A stretch of 64,000 nt of DNA from Mobula hypostoma (taxonomy: Eukaryota), in the NCBI RefSeq assembly GCF_963921235.1, contig NC_086097.1, positions 94,924,001 to 94,988,000 of the forward strand. The letters run 5' to 3'. A model generated the notes under the pieces. The model made no database searches and was not told where the DNA came from. It saw only the letters and a list, made by a program, of their open reading frames with translations. Below are positions 11,901 to 26,900 of the stretch, piece by piece. The position numbers were made by a program, and so were the translations under genes. The first letter of the stretch is position 1. Each line of letters begins with the position of its first letter.

Positions 11901-14900
11901 GGTATTCAGTTGTCCTGTTTTTTCTGTGGTTGGTGCAGCCCTCGAGCTGCAGTGTTGAATCCAAAGTGGTGGGGGTGAGCCATGTTTCCATGAAGCAAAG
12001 TACACAGCAGTCCTTGATGTCTCTCTGGTACAGCAATCTGACTCTGAGATCTTCAATCTTATTTTTTCAGAGACTGTACATTCAACAGCAGGATAGTCGG
12101 TAGTGGGATGGGGAGGGGCATGGGTCTAATGTCCCCTGCATTTCAATCGTAACTGCACACCAGCCTGCATTCCATGCTTCCTTTCCCTTAAAGGGGGAAT
12201 TGCACTCATGACCCGAGTCTGCAGTCCAGGGTCCGCCTATCTTGTGTATCGATAGATTTTTAAACAAAATGCCTTAAAACAATGTTGCTTACTGAATTAC
12301 CCATGGCTGTGACTGTGGATGTCAGCTGTAGTAATCTTAAAAAGGAATATTTGATGATTCTCATCAGAGCTGCACGCAAAGTCACCACTTATTGGCGCCA
12401 CCTTGTAGAGGATGGTGAACACCTCTCTTTTCCAATGCACGATGGTCACCACCTGCTAAGTATGTGCATCCAGTCTCTGGTGCTCTAGACCACAGGACAA
12501 TCTGCTCTATCCACCAGCCACATCCAGACTAGAAATGTAGAGCTCTCGTTGAAACGGGAGCTTTAATAACCACTCTTACTCAACGAGCTGCAAGAGATTA
12601 AAAACATCTCCATCCTACCTGGTAGGAAACTGAAACAGAGTATGATTGTTACCTTGACAGCCTCTGGCAATATGGTCCTTACCCCGCTCTGAATTTGTCA
12701 TTAACTTGGAAAAAAAAAGATGTCAAGTTTCAATGACACTGTCCTCAGTGAAGCACAACTGCAAAACAAATTTAAAACAAAACTGCAGGTGCTGGAACTA
12801 TGAGATAAAAAGCAGACTTCAAATATTGATGATGCTTTCTTTTCCCACAGTTGTTTCCTGACTTTCTGAATAGTTCCAACTTGAAAATTGTTCCTTGCTG
12901 GGGTTCAATAAGATGGATTTGATCTCACAGTCTAGCTTGTTATGACCTTGTGCCTTGCTGCCTGCCTGAACTTCACCTTCCTTGTATCTCTAACATGCTT
13001 GGCATTTTGTTGTTGTTTTTCCTTGTTCTACTCCAATGCGCTTTGCAATCAATTGATCTGTATGGACAGTCCGCAAGACAAGCTCTTCGCTATTTCTCGG
13101 TTCGTGTGACCATAATAAACCAGTTCCAAGTTGTAGACTTGTTCAATGATGCAGTGTCCTCCTACCAAAAGGCTTCCTTCTCTTGCCTCCTCTCCCACTG
13201 GCCTGTCTTGCTCGAGGGCGAGGGTTACTCAGCCTGCAGGAGGGATGCTTACCAATGTAGCCATGTCCAGGAGCATGTAGATGGTGCAGGAGCCTGAAGT
13301 CAGCAACCCATCATCAGCTTGAAGTAAGAGAGTTATTCAGCACAGGAACAAGCCCTTCAACTCAAATCATCCATTCTGACCAAAGTGCCTCACAGATCTA
13401 GTCCCATTTTCCTACATTTGACCCCTATTTCCCTCTAAACTGGGGGTTCCTAACCTGGAGTCCACAGTCCCCTTGTTTAATGGTAGGGATTCATGGCATA
13501 AAAAAGGCTGGGAACCCTGCTCTTAACCTTTCCTATCTACATACCTGTCCAAGTGTCTTTACACCATGAGAAACAGGAGCAGAATTAGTCTACTCCACAA
13601 TTCGATCACGGCTGATTTATTATCCTTCTCAACCCCATTTTCATGCCTTGTCCTGTGACCTTTGATGCCCTTACTAATGAAGAATCTATCAATCTCTGCT
13701 TTAAAAATACCCAATGTTTTGGCCTCCAGGGCCGTCTGCAGCGATGAACTCCTCAGATCTATCACTCTCTGAGTAAAGAAATTCTGACTCGGGTTAAATT
13801 TAAAATCCTTTCAAATGTTCTGGCAGCTCGTTCAATATACTCACCACTGTCTGAAAGAATGGAAAGAACAACTCACCGGTAGAATTACAACGACTGGAAG
13901 AAATCACCCGCAACTAATAACTCAGCAGTTGATGGTGCTTGTAAATAGCATGGAGGACTGGGGGTCAGTACGAGCTTGCCATCTCACACTGAGAAGGCAC
14001 TGGACTTCAAAATACCCACTGGCGTCTACATTGACCTCGTGATAACACCCTCTCTCATATTTATTCTCACAGAAACATCCACATTACCATTCAGCGATTT
14101 AAGGCACTCGAAGAGCACCCTCAACATTGTAAGACACGCCAAGGCAAAATGCAAGGAGTGATATCAAAGGCAATTTGCTCCAGCCACATACAAGGATCTT
14201 TTGGTTGACTTAGTCAAAGTTGGTTTTGAGGAGAACCTTAATGAAAAGAGAAAGATAGGACGGTTTTGCGCAGGCATGCCAGCTCTGTTCTTTACATTGA
14301 GGCCAACCAGTATGTCTGTATTTAGGCCTCGTCCAGGAAGCACTGCTTTGGAGTCAGCAGTTACGTCTGCAGGCCCAGTGCTGACCACTGTCCTCTGTGT
14401 GTTTAGCTCCCATACTGGTGTGGACTGCTCTGTTTTGGGGTATTAACCAGGAGGCAATCAGGATAGGTACTCATCATGGTTCAAAATCCAACTCTGTACT
14501 CCTTCTGCATGACAGTCTGTAGAATGCACTGTGCCTCTGCACGCCATTGACTCAGTATTTTTTCTCACGCCACCATTTAGTGGTGATTTTATCTTGACCG
14601 ATGTGAATCCAGCTTGATTGCCCAGTACTCTGTGTCGCTACCTGTTGTTCTTACGCTGAAACCTCCCTCTTAAACGTGGATAGCATGTTGCTCTGTTGAG
14701 AAATGTTTTCCAGATTGTGCGGTCTGCATGTTGTTTATTTTACTTATCAACTCCAGACACTCATACACCCTCAGGCTATGCGGCAACTGCTCTGAAGTAA
14801 ACTCCCCTCTCTGTTGGTCTATGGCGTTTTAAAGCTAAACCCACATTTAAAGTTGAACAATGCATAACAGAGAGTGGGGAGGGTGAGAATAGTTGAGAAA

Positions 14901-17900
14901 CTCCTCCCATCTCCAGGACTGCGGAATATTTCTGTTCCCCAGCCAGCACTGCGCAGTGCTCACGTCCAAACGGCGACATGACCATCTGCAGGCGAAGGAC
15001 GTGCTCAAGCACAGCTCCTCTCTCAGTGCTGCGTAGTCAGGTATTTCCCACTCTGAAGGGTTAGCTTTGAATCTCCTGGAATCAATTAGAACGTACAAAA
15101 AAAACTCAGAGAAAAGTTGGCAGCACGTGAAACTCTTCTAAATTTTCTCTGGCTTGTTTCTTTAGCCCAGATAACATTGGGAGCTGGGCCTAAGAACTGA
15201 GCAATTCACAAGTGGCTCCCTCCAGCTTAGCAGCTTTCTGCTAATGTCAGGTAACACACAAGAAGTGGAGCTTCTTCACACCATAAGCTACGAGGCTGTT
15301 AATTGCAAAGGAGACATTTTCTCTCGGGCAGTTACGAAAAACTAAAATAAATCCACCAGTTTTCCTTTCCCTGGGCTGACCTGTTTTCTCAGCTTTCTGC
15401 CACCTCAGCCAGCAGCTAGCTCCCTCTGCTGGCTGGTCCAGAGAGTGATGGCTCAAATATGACTCCAGAAGCATTAAGTCTGCTCTACTAACCTTGAGAG
15501 TGGATTGAAGTGGCACTGATAGGATGAGTGTGGTCAGTCCTGTGCCAGCTTTGCAGGGATGCAGGAACATTAATCAAACCAAAACAGTCAACGATTCTTT
15601 AACAGCTCTTCAACGGGCAATGCAACACTGAAAAATGACAATTAACCAGAAGGCTGCACGTAAATTGGTAAATTGGTTTATTATTGTCACATGTACCAAG
15701 GTACAGTGAGAAGCTTGTCTTGCAAACAGTCATCACATCCATGCATTGAGGTAGTACAAGGTTAAAACAGTAACAGAGCGCTGAATAAAGTGTTGCAGTT
15801 TACAGAGAAAGTGCAGTGCAGCCAGACGATAAGGTGCAAGGCCATAACGAGGTAGATTGTGAGCAGAAAAGTCCATCTTCTTCTACGAGTGAGCCATTTA
15901 ATAGTCTTACAATGGTAGGCTAGAAGCTGTTCTTTTTGAGGGTGCTGGGACTCATGCGGTTATTTTTGCAAGATCCCAGGGCCAGCACCATGTAGAACTC
16001 AATTCAGTGCCTGAAGGATCTTTTTTTAACCAGGAAATTTGAACGGGTCATGTGGCACAGAAACAGGCCCTTTTGCCAGCTGAGTCCATACCAATCATGA
16101 ACCAAAGCTCAAAGTAACATTTATTATCAGAGCACATCCACGCCACACATACAACGCTACTGGCATACTCAGCAAATCTGTAGAACAGTAACTGTAATCA
16201 GGATCAATGAACAACAAACTGTGAAAATGCAAATGTAAATAAATTGCAATCAGTAATGGGAGTGTGAAATCACAAGATAAAGAATCCTTAAGTGAGATCA
16301 TTGGTTGTGGGCACACCAGAAATAGCCCGATGGTTGAGGGGCAATAACTGTTCTGGAACCTAGGGGTGCGAGTCCTGAGGCTCTTGTACCTCCTACCTGA
16401 TGGCAGCAGTGAGAAAAGAGCATGGCCTGGATGGTGAGGATCTCTGATGATGGACGCTGCTTTTCTACGGCAATGTTTCATGTGGATGTGCTCAGTGGTT
16501 GGGAGGGCTTCACCCGTGATGTTCTGGGCCAAATCCACTTGCTTTTGCAGGATTTTCCACTCAAAGGGTTTGGTGTTCCCATACCAGGCCGTGATGTGGC
16601 CAGTCAGCACGCCTTACACCACACACCTCTAGAGGTTTGTCAAGGGTTTTGATGACATGCTGAATCTCTACAGACTCCAGAGGAAATAGAGTCGTTGTCA
16701 AGCTTTCTTTGCAATTACATTTATATGATGGGTCCAGGACAGGTCCTCTGAGATAGTGACACCCAGGAATTTAAAGTAACTGACCCTCTCCACCTCTGAT
16801 CCTTCGATGAGTATTGGCTCACAGACCTCTGGTTTTCCTCTCTTGGATTCTACAATCAGCTCCTTGGTTTTGCTGACACTGAGTGAGAAGTTGTTGTTTT
16901 GACACCACTCAGCCAAATTCTCAATCTCCCTCCTGTACGTTGATGCATCACCTCCTTTGATACAGCCCACAACAGTGGTGTCATCAGCAAACTTGTATCT
17001 GGCATGGGAGCTGTACTTAGCCACACAGTCATAGGTGTAAAGCAAGAAGGGCAGGGGGCAAAGCACACAGCCCTGTGGTGCTCCTGTGCTGATGGAGATC
17101 GTGGAGAAGATGCTTTTGCCAATCTGAACTGACTGGGGGTCTGTAAGTGAGGAAATCCAGAACCTAATTGCACAAGGGGGTATTGAGGCCAAGGTCTTGA
17201 AGTTTATTGATTAGTTTTGAGGGGATACACAAACCCCCTCTCAGATTCTACCAATCACCCACACACTAGTGTCAATTTACAATGGCGTCTTAACCTACAG
17301 ACTTGCATGCCTTTGAGATGTCGAGGAAACCCACGTGGTCACGGGGAGAACGTACACCCAGACTGCGGTGGAGGTCAGATTTGGAACAGTGAGGCAATGG
17401 CTCTACCAGGTACACCACAGGCTGTTAGGGTACATCTCAACTTGGCATGGCCAAGATTGCAGGAAATGGCGAGGAGTTGTGGGCACAAAGCAATCTGTCA
17501 TGGAAACCAGCCTCTCCTCCATTGACTCTGGCTACACTTCCCACTGTCTGGGTACATAATCAAAGACCCCTCCCACCCAGGACATTCTACCTTCTGCCCC
17601 CCCGCCCATCAGCAGAAGATACAAAAGTTTGAGAACGCGTATCATTAGGCTCAAGGACAGTATCTGTTATTAGGATCTATTAAACAGACCTCTTGTACAA
17701 TAAAGTTGAACTCTTGATTTCTTGATCTGCCATGTCATGGCCCTTGCATGTTATTTGTCTACCTGCACTGCATTTTATCTGTAACTACTCCCCTCAGTAG
17801 TTACCTGGGCCTCTGTGCCTCCCTCTGCAACGTGATCTGTGTTTTCCTCATCGCGAGACCACAGTCAGTGCAGATCGGCAACCACATCTCCTCCTCGCTG

Positions 17901-20900
17901 TCAATCAATACCAGCACACATCCCGCTCTACTCTCTCTACGCCCATGACTGTGTGGTTAGGCACAGCGCAAGTGCTGTCTATAAATTTGCCAAGGACACA
18001 ACTGTTGTCAGCAGAATCTCAGTTGGAGACGAGGAGGCACACAGAGTGAGATAAGTCAGCTGCTTGAGGGCATCACAACAACCTTGCACTCAAAGTTAGT
18101 ACGACCTTGTGGGCTTCAGGAAGGGGGAGTTGAGGGAGCACACACCCGCCCTCATCCAGGGATCAGCAGTGGAAAGGGTGAGCAGTTTCATGGTCCTGGG
18201 TGCTAACATCTCAGCAAATCTATCCTGGGCCAAACATATTGATGCAATTATGAAGAAGGCACAACAGCAGCTATATTTCATTAGGAGCCTGAGGGGATTT
18301 GGAACGTCATCAAAGATGCCAGCAGATTTCTACAGGTGTACCATGGAGAACATTGTAACAGATTTAACCACCATTTAGTACAGAGAAGCCACTGCACAGG
18401 AAGGATGAGAAAAAGCTGCAAAGAGTTGTAACTCGGCCAGCCCTGCCATGAGCACTAGCCTCCCCAAAATCGAGGACATCTTCAAAAGGCGATGCCTCAA
18501 AAGGGAGGCATCTATCATTAGGACATCACCCAAGACGTGCCTTCTTCTCACTGCTACTATCAGAGAGGAGGTACAGGAGTCTGAAGACACTCACTAAACA
18601 CTTTAGGAACAGCTTCTTCCTCTCCGCCATCAGATGTCTGAACGGACAATGAACCCGTGAACATTACCTCACTATTTTTGTTCTCTTATTGCCCTTCATA
18701 CTTAACTCTAACAATATATTCTGCATTGTGTGTTTTTTTTATTTGCTCTACCTCAAAGCACTTACATGTGCAATGATCTGTCTGGAAAGCATGCAAACAA
18801 AAGCTTTTCTCTGTATCTTGGTAAGTGTAACAAAAATAATTACCAGTTGGTGCATTACCCTTGGGCCTGCAGCTTTTATCCTTCTTGTGCTTGGAGGCTG
18901 TGGATATGGGAAGGGTAACCTGGGCACGTATCTGAAGTGCATTTTTGTAGATATTGTGCACCATGTTCACTGTATGCCAATGGTGGTGGGAGTGTATTTT
19001 TCAATGCTGGACGGGTGCTGTTAGTGGGTGCATTGTCAAACTGTTAAGAATTGAAGTTGTACTCACTGAGGCAATTGAGATGTATCCCAATGTTCCTTTT
19101 GATGGTGGAAAGATCTTGAAGTGATAGGAGATGAGTAAGTTACTAGACTAGTAACACAAAGACTAGACAATGATCCTAAGACACCTCAGTGGTTATTAGA
19201 CTGGTAGGTCAAAGACTAAACAATGATCCTAATTAGTGGTCATAATTCTATTCATTTCAATAATTAGGGAGAAGGGTAGGCCTGGCCCTCGGGTTAAGAT
19301 TCTAATCTGGAGGAAAGCCAACTTTGATGGCAACAGAAGGGATCGGGCAGGTGTGGATTGGGACAAGCAAAGTAAGTAAGAGGCTTTCAAAACTTAAATA
19401 TTTGAAAACACTAAATCTCTATCTTCCTCTTAGAATAAAAGGCAAAGCTAACAGGTTTATGGAACTTTGGTGTTCAAAGGATATTAAGGCCCTGAAAAAG
19501 GAAAAGAAGGAGGTGTAGGTATAAGCAGTTAGGATCAGATGAGACACTGAGTATAGGAAAGGCAAAAGAATACTTAGGAGAGAAATCAGGAGGGCTAAAA
19601 GAGGTTATGAAGTTGCTCTGGTAGATAAGGTGGAAGAGAATCTCAAAGGTTTTTATGACTACATTAAGAGCAAAATGCTTAAGTGGTTTCCATATCTGTG
19701 CTAGGGGATGAAGTAAGTCCTCTTGAAGATCAGTGCGGTTATTTATGCATGGAATTGAAAAAGATGGAGGAGATCTTACGTGAAAATTTTGCATCTGTAT
19801 TCCCTTGGGAGACAGACACAGAGTCAATAGAACTGAGAAAAAAAAGTAGTGAGGTCATGGACAGTATTTGGATTACAAAAGAGGAGCTGCTTGTTGTCTT
19901 GGGATGACTCGGGGTAGGTAAATACCCAGAGCTCGACAAGGTGTTCCTTCAGACCTTGCAGGAGATAGTGCAGAAATTTCAGGGGCCAGGCAGAGATAGT
20001 GAACATACCCTTAGCCACGGGTGAGGTGCCAGAGGACTGGAGATGGCTAATGTTCCATTGTTTACGAAAGGCTCTGAGAATAAACTGTAAGCCTGACGTC
20101 AGTCATGGGTAAATTATTGGAAGGAATTATAAGGAACAATTAGGAGATGCTTGGATGGGCACCTGGATGAAAGAAAAATGGAGGGCTACGTGAGGGAGCA
20201 GCATTAGATTGATCTTGGAGTAGGTTAAAAGGTTGGCGCAACATCATGGGTTAAAGAGCCTGAACTGTGCTGTTCTATGTTCTAAGTCTTGTGCATTTGT
20301 ATACGAATCATTTATATATGTAACAAATAACAAGGGCCCCAACACCAATTCCTGCTGCGCAATTGGTCTGTGATGGTGCTGAACTGGATATTAGTTTTTT
20401 TTTGAATCAAGAAGGACATCTATGTTGAGGAGCTTTTCAAAATGGTTCTTCAGTTGGTGGTGAATATCTCCCTATTCTTCTCTGTCCCTGGCTATGTCAG
20501 CAGGATGTTTGTGCTGTAGACGGCTTTGAACAGAATCTGCACATGATTTCACGATTGCTGTAGGACCTCCTGTGCTCTTTCCACACAGCATCTGTTCTTT
20601 AGGTCATGTATTTGCTGTTGGACCTGGGGTCTTCAGATGCCTGCACAGCTGTTTCCTTTCCCTTGAGCACAGCCCAGCTTTCAATCCAAGAACACCTAAT
20701 CCAAGCACAGACTGCGGTCAGCAGGGCTGCATCATCGCTCCTGGTGCATTCCTCAATCTTTCATACTGCAATATTAGCCTTCACTTCCAGAAAACATACT
20801 GTTAGATTTGCGCTAATCTACAGTACAAGATTTATTAGATCTACATCCTCTCCACACCAGAACCAAGTTCATTCCACCCTTTGTTTTACTCATTCAAGGC

Positions 20901-23900
20901 ATGTGGGCTTCACAGGCTGAGGTAGTATTTAATTGCTCATTCCTGATTGTCCTTGAGAAGGTGGCAGCGAGCTGTCTTCTTGAACTGCTGCAGTCCTTGA
21001 GGTGTGGGTACACCCAAAATGCTGTTAGGGAGAGAGTTCCGAGATTTGGACCCAGTGAAGGTGAAGGAATGGTAATATATTTCCAAGTTAGGATGGTGTG
21101 TGGCTTGGAGGGCAATGTCCAGCTGTTGGTGCTCACGTGCTTTTGCTGCCCTTGTCCTGCTGGTGGGTTGTGGACTTCAGGAAGGGTAAAACAAAGGAAC
21201 ACACACCAATCCTCATAGAGGGATCAGAAGTGGAGAGAGTGAGCAGCTTCAAGTTCCTGGGTGTCAAGATCTCTGAGGACCTAACCTGGTCCCAACATAT
21301 CGATGTAGTTATAAAGAAGGCAAGACAGCGACTATACTTTATTAGGAGTTTGAAGAGATTTGGCATGCCAACAAATACACTCAAAAACTTCTATAGTTGT
21401 ACTGTGGAGAGCATTCTGACAGGCTGCATCACTGTCTGGTATGGAGGGGCTAATGCACAGGACCGAAAGAAGCTGCAGAGGGTTGTAAATTTAGTTGGCT
21501 CCATCTTGGGTACTAGCCTACAAAGTACCCAGGATATCTTTAGGAAGCGGTGTCTCAGAAAGGCAACGTCCATTAATAAGGATCTCCAGCACTCAGGGCT
21601 TGCCCTTTTCTCATTGTTACCATCAAGAAGGGGGGACAGAAGCCTGAAGGCACACACTCAGCGATTCAGGAACAGCTTCTTCCCCTCTGCCATCCAATTC
21701 CTAAATGGACATTGAACCTGTGAACTCTACCTCACTTATTTAACATACAATTATTTCTGCTTTTTTGCACAATTTAAATCTATTCAATATACGTATGCTA
21801 TAAATTTATGGATTTATTTTCTTTTTCTTCTATAATTATGTATCGCATTGAACTGCTGCTGCTAAGTTAACAAATTTCACGACACATGCCGGTGATAATA
21901 AATCTGATTCTGGTTCTGCATCCTGCAGAAGGTACAAGTTGCTGTTGGTTGGTCATCAATGCATGCCCACGTTCAGAAGCATGGAATAAAGGTGCTCCAT
22001 CAAACAGACTCTGCTGTACAACACCACACCCCTGCTTTCTCCTCCCTGACAATAAAAGTCCATGATGAGATTCTGGAAAACTTGGACCATATCTTGGGGA
22101 ACACCTCTCAGTGAAGACAGGCCTGATGACAAAATTCACCAATCTCTCCAGTGCACCGACAAGATCTTTGGGCATCAGCAAGACCACAAATCTTGTTTAT
22201 TGATAACAGTTCCAAACTCTTATGCCTAGGAATAGAGCTTTGACCAATGACCAATGTGGACATCAGGAGGTTGAGAGAAGGGGATTTCACTCAGGTCCAC
22301 TAACCCAGTTGAAAAAGGCAGCAGAATAATTGAACTTTGGCCAGCGACCAATCAGTATTTCGGATTGAATAGCAAGAGCAAATTAAAGGAAGGCAGGGGC
22401 AAGTGCTGGGGTCATCATCTGACTGGACAGAGTCAGCGTGCTAATCTTGAGGCTTTAGCTCTTCGAGGCTTCAGGGAAGAGAGGCTTCCATCTGAGAAAA
22501 CAAAAAAGAAAATAAAAGCTCAAGGTAAAGTCTTTTTTCCTTCCTTACATTTGCTCAGCTAGGACAGTAGAGAAATCAGGCAGGACAGTGGAATGCTCCT
22601 CTTGCAGGATGTGGGAAGGCAGGGAGACCTCCAGTGTCCATGAAAATTACAACTGTGAGAAGTGCATCCAGGTGCAGCTTCTAACATTCCGCATTAAGCA
22701 GTTGGAGTTGGAACTGGATGAACTCCAGATCATTCGGGAGGCTGAAGGGGTGATAGGGAGGACATATTGAGAGGTATAGTTACACCCGAGGTGCAGGACG
22801 CAGGAAACTAGGTGACAGTCAGGAAGGGGAAAGGGGTTAAGAAGCCAATGCAGAGTACTCCTGTGGCCATCTCCCCAACAAAAGGTCTACCTCTTTGAAT
22901 GCTGTTGGGGAGGAATGACCTAACACAGGAAAGTCACAGCAGTTGGGTTTCTGGCACTGGCTCTGCCTCTGTAACTCAGATGGGAAGGCGGGAGAAGAGG
23001 GATGGGGGACTCGTTAGTTAGGGGAACTGACAGGAGGACCTGTGGGCAAGAACGAGATTCCTGGATGGTATGTTGCCTCCCGGGTGCCAGGGTCCAGAAT
23101 ATCTCGGATCGAGTTCTCAGCATTCTTAAGTGGGAGAATGAACAGCCAGAAGTCGTGGCCCCATGTGGGTACCAATGGCATGGGTAGGGTGAGTGACGAG
23201 GTTCTGCACAGAGAGTTCAGGGATTTAGGAGCTAAATTAAAGGGCAGGACCTTCAGGGTTGTGATCTCAAGATTGACACCTGTACCACATGTTAGTGAGG
23301 ACAAAACTAGGAAGATTATATAGTCTAACATGTAGCTAAGGAATTGGTGTGAGGGGGCATAAGATTTTTGGATCTTTGGGCTCTCTTCTAGGGAAAGTGG
23401 GACCTGTAAAGAGGGGACGGTTTGCACCTGAACTGAAGGGGGTTTGCTAGTACTGCATGGTGGGGCTTAATCCGGAGTTGCAGGGGGATGGTAACCAGAG
23501 TGCCAGAACAGATAGTGGAGAGGTTGTGGAGGCAGATGTTGGTAAGACCTCATTCAAAGTCAGGAATCAAAAGGTTGAGCATGGTGCGACTAGGGTCCCG
23601 AGTTGCCTATATTTCAATGCAAGAAGTATTGTAGAAAAAGGCAGATGAGCTCAGGGCATGGATCAACACCTGGGATTATGATATTGTAGCCATTAGTGAG
23701 ACTTGGTTGCAGGAGGGGCAGGACTGACATTTTAATATTCCAAGCTTCCATTGTTTTCATGTGACAGCGCAGAAGGGATTAAGGGAGGGGGGTGGCATTA
23801 CTAGTTAGCGAAAATATCACGGCAGTGGTCTGTCAGGACAGACTGGAGGTGCTATGGGTGGAACTAGGAAATAAGAAAGGCGTGACCACTTTTATAGGGC

Positions 23901-26900
23901 TATATTACAGACCATCTAACAGTCCTAGGGGTTCAAGGGAGCAAATTTGTAAAGAGATCGCAGATTGTTGCAAGAGACGTAAGATTGTTAGAGTAGGTAA
24001 TTTTAACTTTCCACACACTTACTGGGAATCCCATACTGTCAAAGGACTAGATATACAGTTCAATTCAAATTTAATTGTCATTTAATCATATATGAATACT
24101 TATGAATACAGCCAAACAAGACAGCGTTACTATCTATGGTGATAGATAGGAGTCACACTGGAGCCTCGGGAGACAGATGAGTGGGTAACAGTCAGGAGAG
24201 GGAAGAGCAAGAGTCAGATACTAGAGAGTACCCCTGTGGCTGTACCCCTTAACAATAAGTACTCCTGTTTGAGTACTGTTGGTGGGGGTGGCCTACCTGG
24301 GGGAAGCAACAGTGGCCGCGCCTCTGGCACAGAGTCTGGCCCTGTGGCTCAGAAGGGTAAGGAGAGGAAGAGGAAGACAGCAGTGATAGAGAACTTCATA
24401 GTTAGGCGGTCAGACAGGCGATTCTGTGGACGCAGGAAAGAAACTCGGATTGTAGTTTGCCTCCCAGGTGCCAGGGTTCAGGATGTTTCTGATTGCATCC
24501 ATGATATCCTGAAGTGGGAAGGAGAACAGCCAGAGGTCATGGTACATATCGGTACCAACGACATAGGTAGGAAAAGGGAGGAGGTCCTGAAAACAGACTA
24601 CAAGGAGTTAGGAAGGAAGTTGAGAAGCAGGACCGCAAAGGTAGTAATCTCGGGATTGCTGCCTGTGCCACGCGACAGTGAGTATAGGAATAGAGAGGTG
24701 GAGGATAAATGTGTGGCTGAGGGATTGGAGCAGGGGGCAGGGATTCAGATTTCTGGATCATTGGGACCTCTTTTGGGGCAGGAGTGACCTGTACAAAAAG
24801 GACGGGTTGCACTTGAATCCCAAGGGGACCAATAAACTGGCGGGGAGATTTGCTAAGGCTGCTGGGGAGAGTTTAAACTAGAATTGCTGGGGGGTGGGAA
24901 CCAAACTGAAGAGACGGAGGAAGGGGCGGTGGCTCACAAGTAGAGAAAGCCTTGGAGACAGTATGAGAGGGGGAATAGGCAGGTGATAGAGAAGGGACAC
25001 GCTCAGACTGATGGTTTGAGATGTGTCTATTTTAATGCAAGGAGTATTATGAATGAAGCGGATGAGCGTAGAGCATGGATCAGTACTTGGAGCTATGATG
25101 TTGTGCCATTACAGAGACTTGGATGGTGCAGGGGCAGGAATGGTTACTTTGAGTGCCAAGCTTTAGATGTTTCAGAAAGGACAGGGAGGGAGGCAAAAGA
25201 GGTGGGGGCATGGCACTGTTGATCAGGGATAGTATCATGGCTGCAGAAAAGGAGGAAGTCATGGAGGAATTGTCAATGGAGTCTCTGTGGGTGGAAGTTA
25301 GGAACAGGAAGGAGTCAATAACTCTACTGGGTGGTTTTTAAAGACCACCCAACAGTAACAGGGACATCGAGGAGCAGATAGGGAGACAGATTCTGGAAAG
25401 AAGTAATAATAACTGGTTTGTTGTGGTGAGAGATTTTAATTTCCCAAATATTGATTGGCATTTCCCTAGAGTGAGGGGTTTAGATGGGGTAGAGTTTGTT
25501 AGGTGTGTTCAGGAAGGGTTCTTGACACAATATGTAGATAAGCCTACAAGAGGAGAGGCTGTACTTGATCTAGTATAGGGAGATGAACCTGGTCAGGTAT
25601 CAGGTCTCTCAGTGGGACAGCATTTTGGAGATAGTGATCACAATTTTATCTCCTTTACCATAGCATTGGAGAGGGATAGGAACAGACAAGTTAGGGAAAC
25701 ATTTAATTGGAGTAAGGGGAAATATGAGGCTATCAGGCAGGAACTTGGAAGCATAAATTGGGAACAGATGTTCTCAGGGAAATGTACAGAAAAAATGTGG
25801 CAAATGTTCAGGGGATATTTGCGTGGGGTTCTGCATAGATACATTCCAATGAGACAGGGAAAGGATGGTAGGGTACAGGAACAGTGGTGTACAAAGGCTG
25901 TTGTAAATCTAGTCAAGAAGAAAAGAAGAGCTTATGAAAGGTTCAAAAAAACTAGGTAATGACAGAGATCTAGAGATTATAAGGCTAGCAGGAAGGACCT
26001 TAAGTATGAAATTAGGAGAGCCAGGACGGGCCATGAGAAGGCCTTGGCGGACAGGATTAAGGAAAACCCCAAGGCATTCTACAAATATGTGAAGAGAAAG
26101 AGGATAAGAGAATAGAACTAATCAAGTGTGACAGTGGAAAAGTATTTATGGAACCAGAGGAGACAGCAGAGGTACTTAATGAATACTTTGCTTCAGTATT
26201 CACTACGGAAAAAGATTTGGCGATTGTAGGGAGGACTTACAGTGGACTGAAAAACCTGAGCATGTAGATATTAAGGAAGAGGATGTGCTGGACCTTTTGG
26301 AAAGCATCAAGTTGGATAAGTCACTGGGACGAGATGTACCCCAGGCTACTGTGAGAGTCGAGGGAGGAGATTGATGAGCCTCTGGCGATGATGTTTGCAT
26401 TATCAATGTGGACGGGACAGGTTCCGGAGGATTGGAGAGTTGTTGATGTTGTTTCCTTATTCAAGGAAGGGAGTTGTAGACCAGTGAGTCTTACTTCAGT
26501 GATTGGTAAGTTAATGGAGAAGATCCTGACAGGCAGGATCGATGAAAATTTGGAGAGGCATAATATGATTAGGAATAGTCAGCATGGCTTTGTCAAAGGC
26601 AGGTCGTGCCTTATGAGCCTGATTAAATTTTTTGAGGATGTGACTAAAACACATTGATGAAGGTAGAGCAGTAGATGTAGTGTATTTGGATTTCAGCAAG
26701 GCATTTGATAAGGTACTCCATGCAAGGCTTATTGAGAAAGTAAGGAAGCAAGAAATCCAAGGGGACATTGATTTGTGGATCCAGAACTGGCTTTTCCACA
26801 GAAGGCAAAGAGTGGTTGTAGACGGGATATATTCTGCATGGAGGTAGGTGACCAGTGGTGTGCCTCAGGGATCTGTTCTGGGACCTCCTACTCTTTGTGA

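Noticed and set aside
14297..14429. Open minus-strand stretch ([12 protein letters not shown]...) as an extra exon
   Set aside because: Phase does not fit the upstream 38-nt exon, and the downstream intron would be about 60 nt.
21098..21715. 205-aa ORF as a host gene
   Set aside because: Rex1 RT C-terminal region fused to unrelated upstream LINE sequence.
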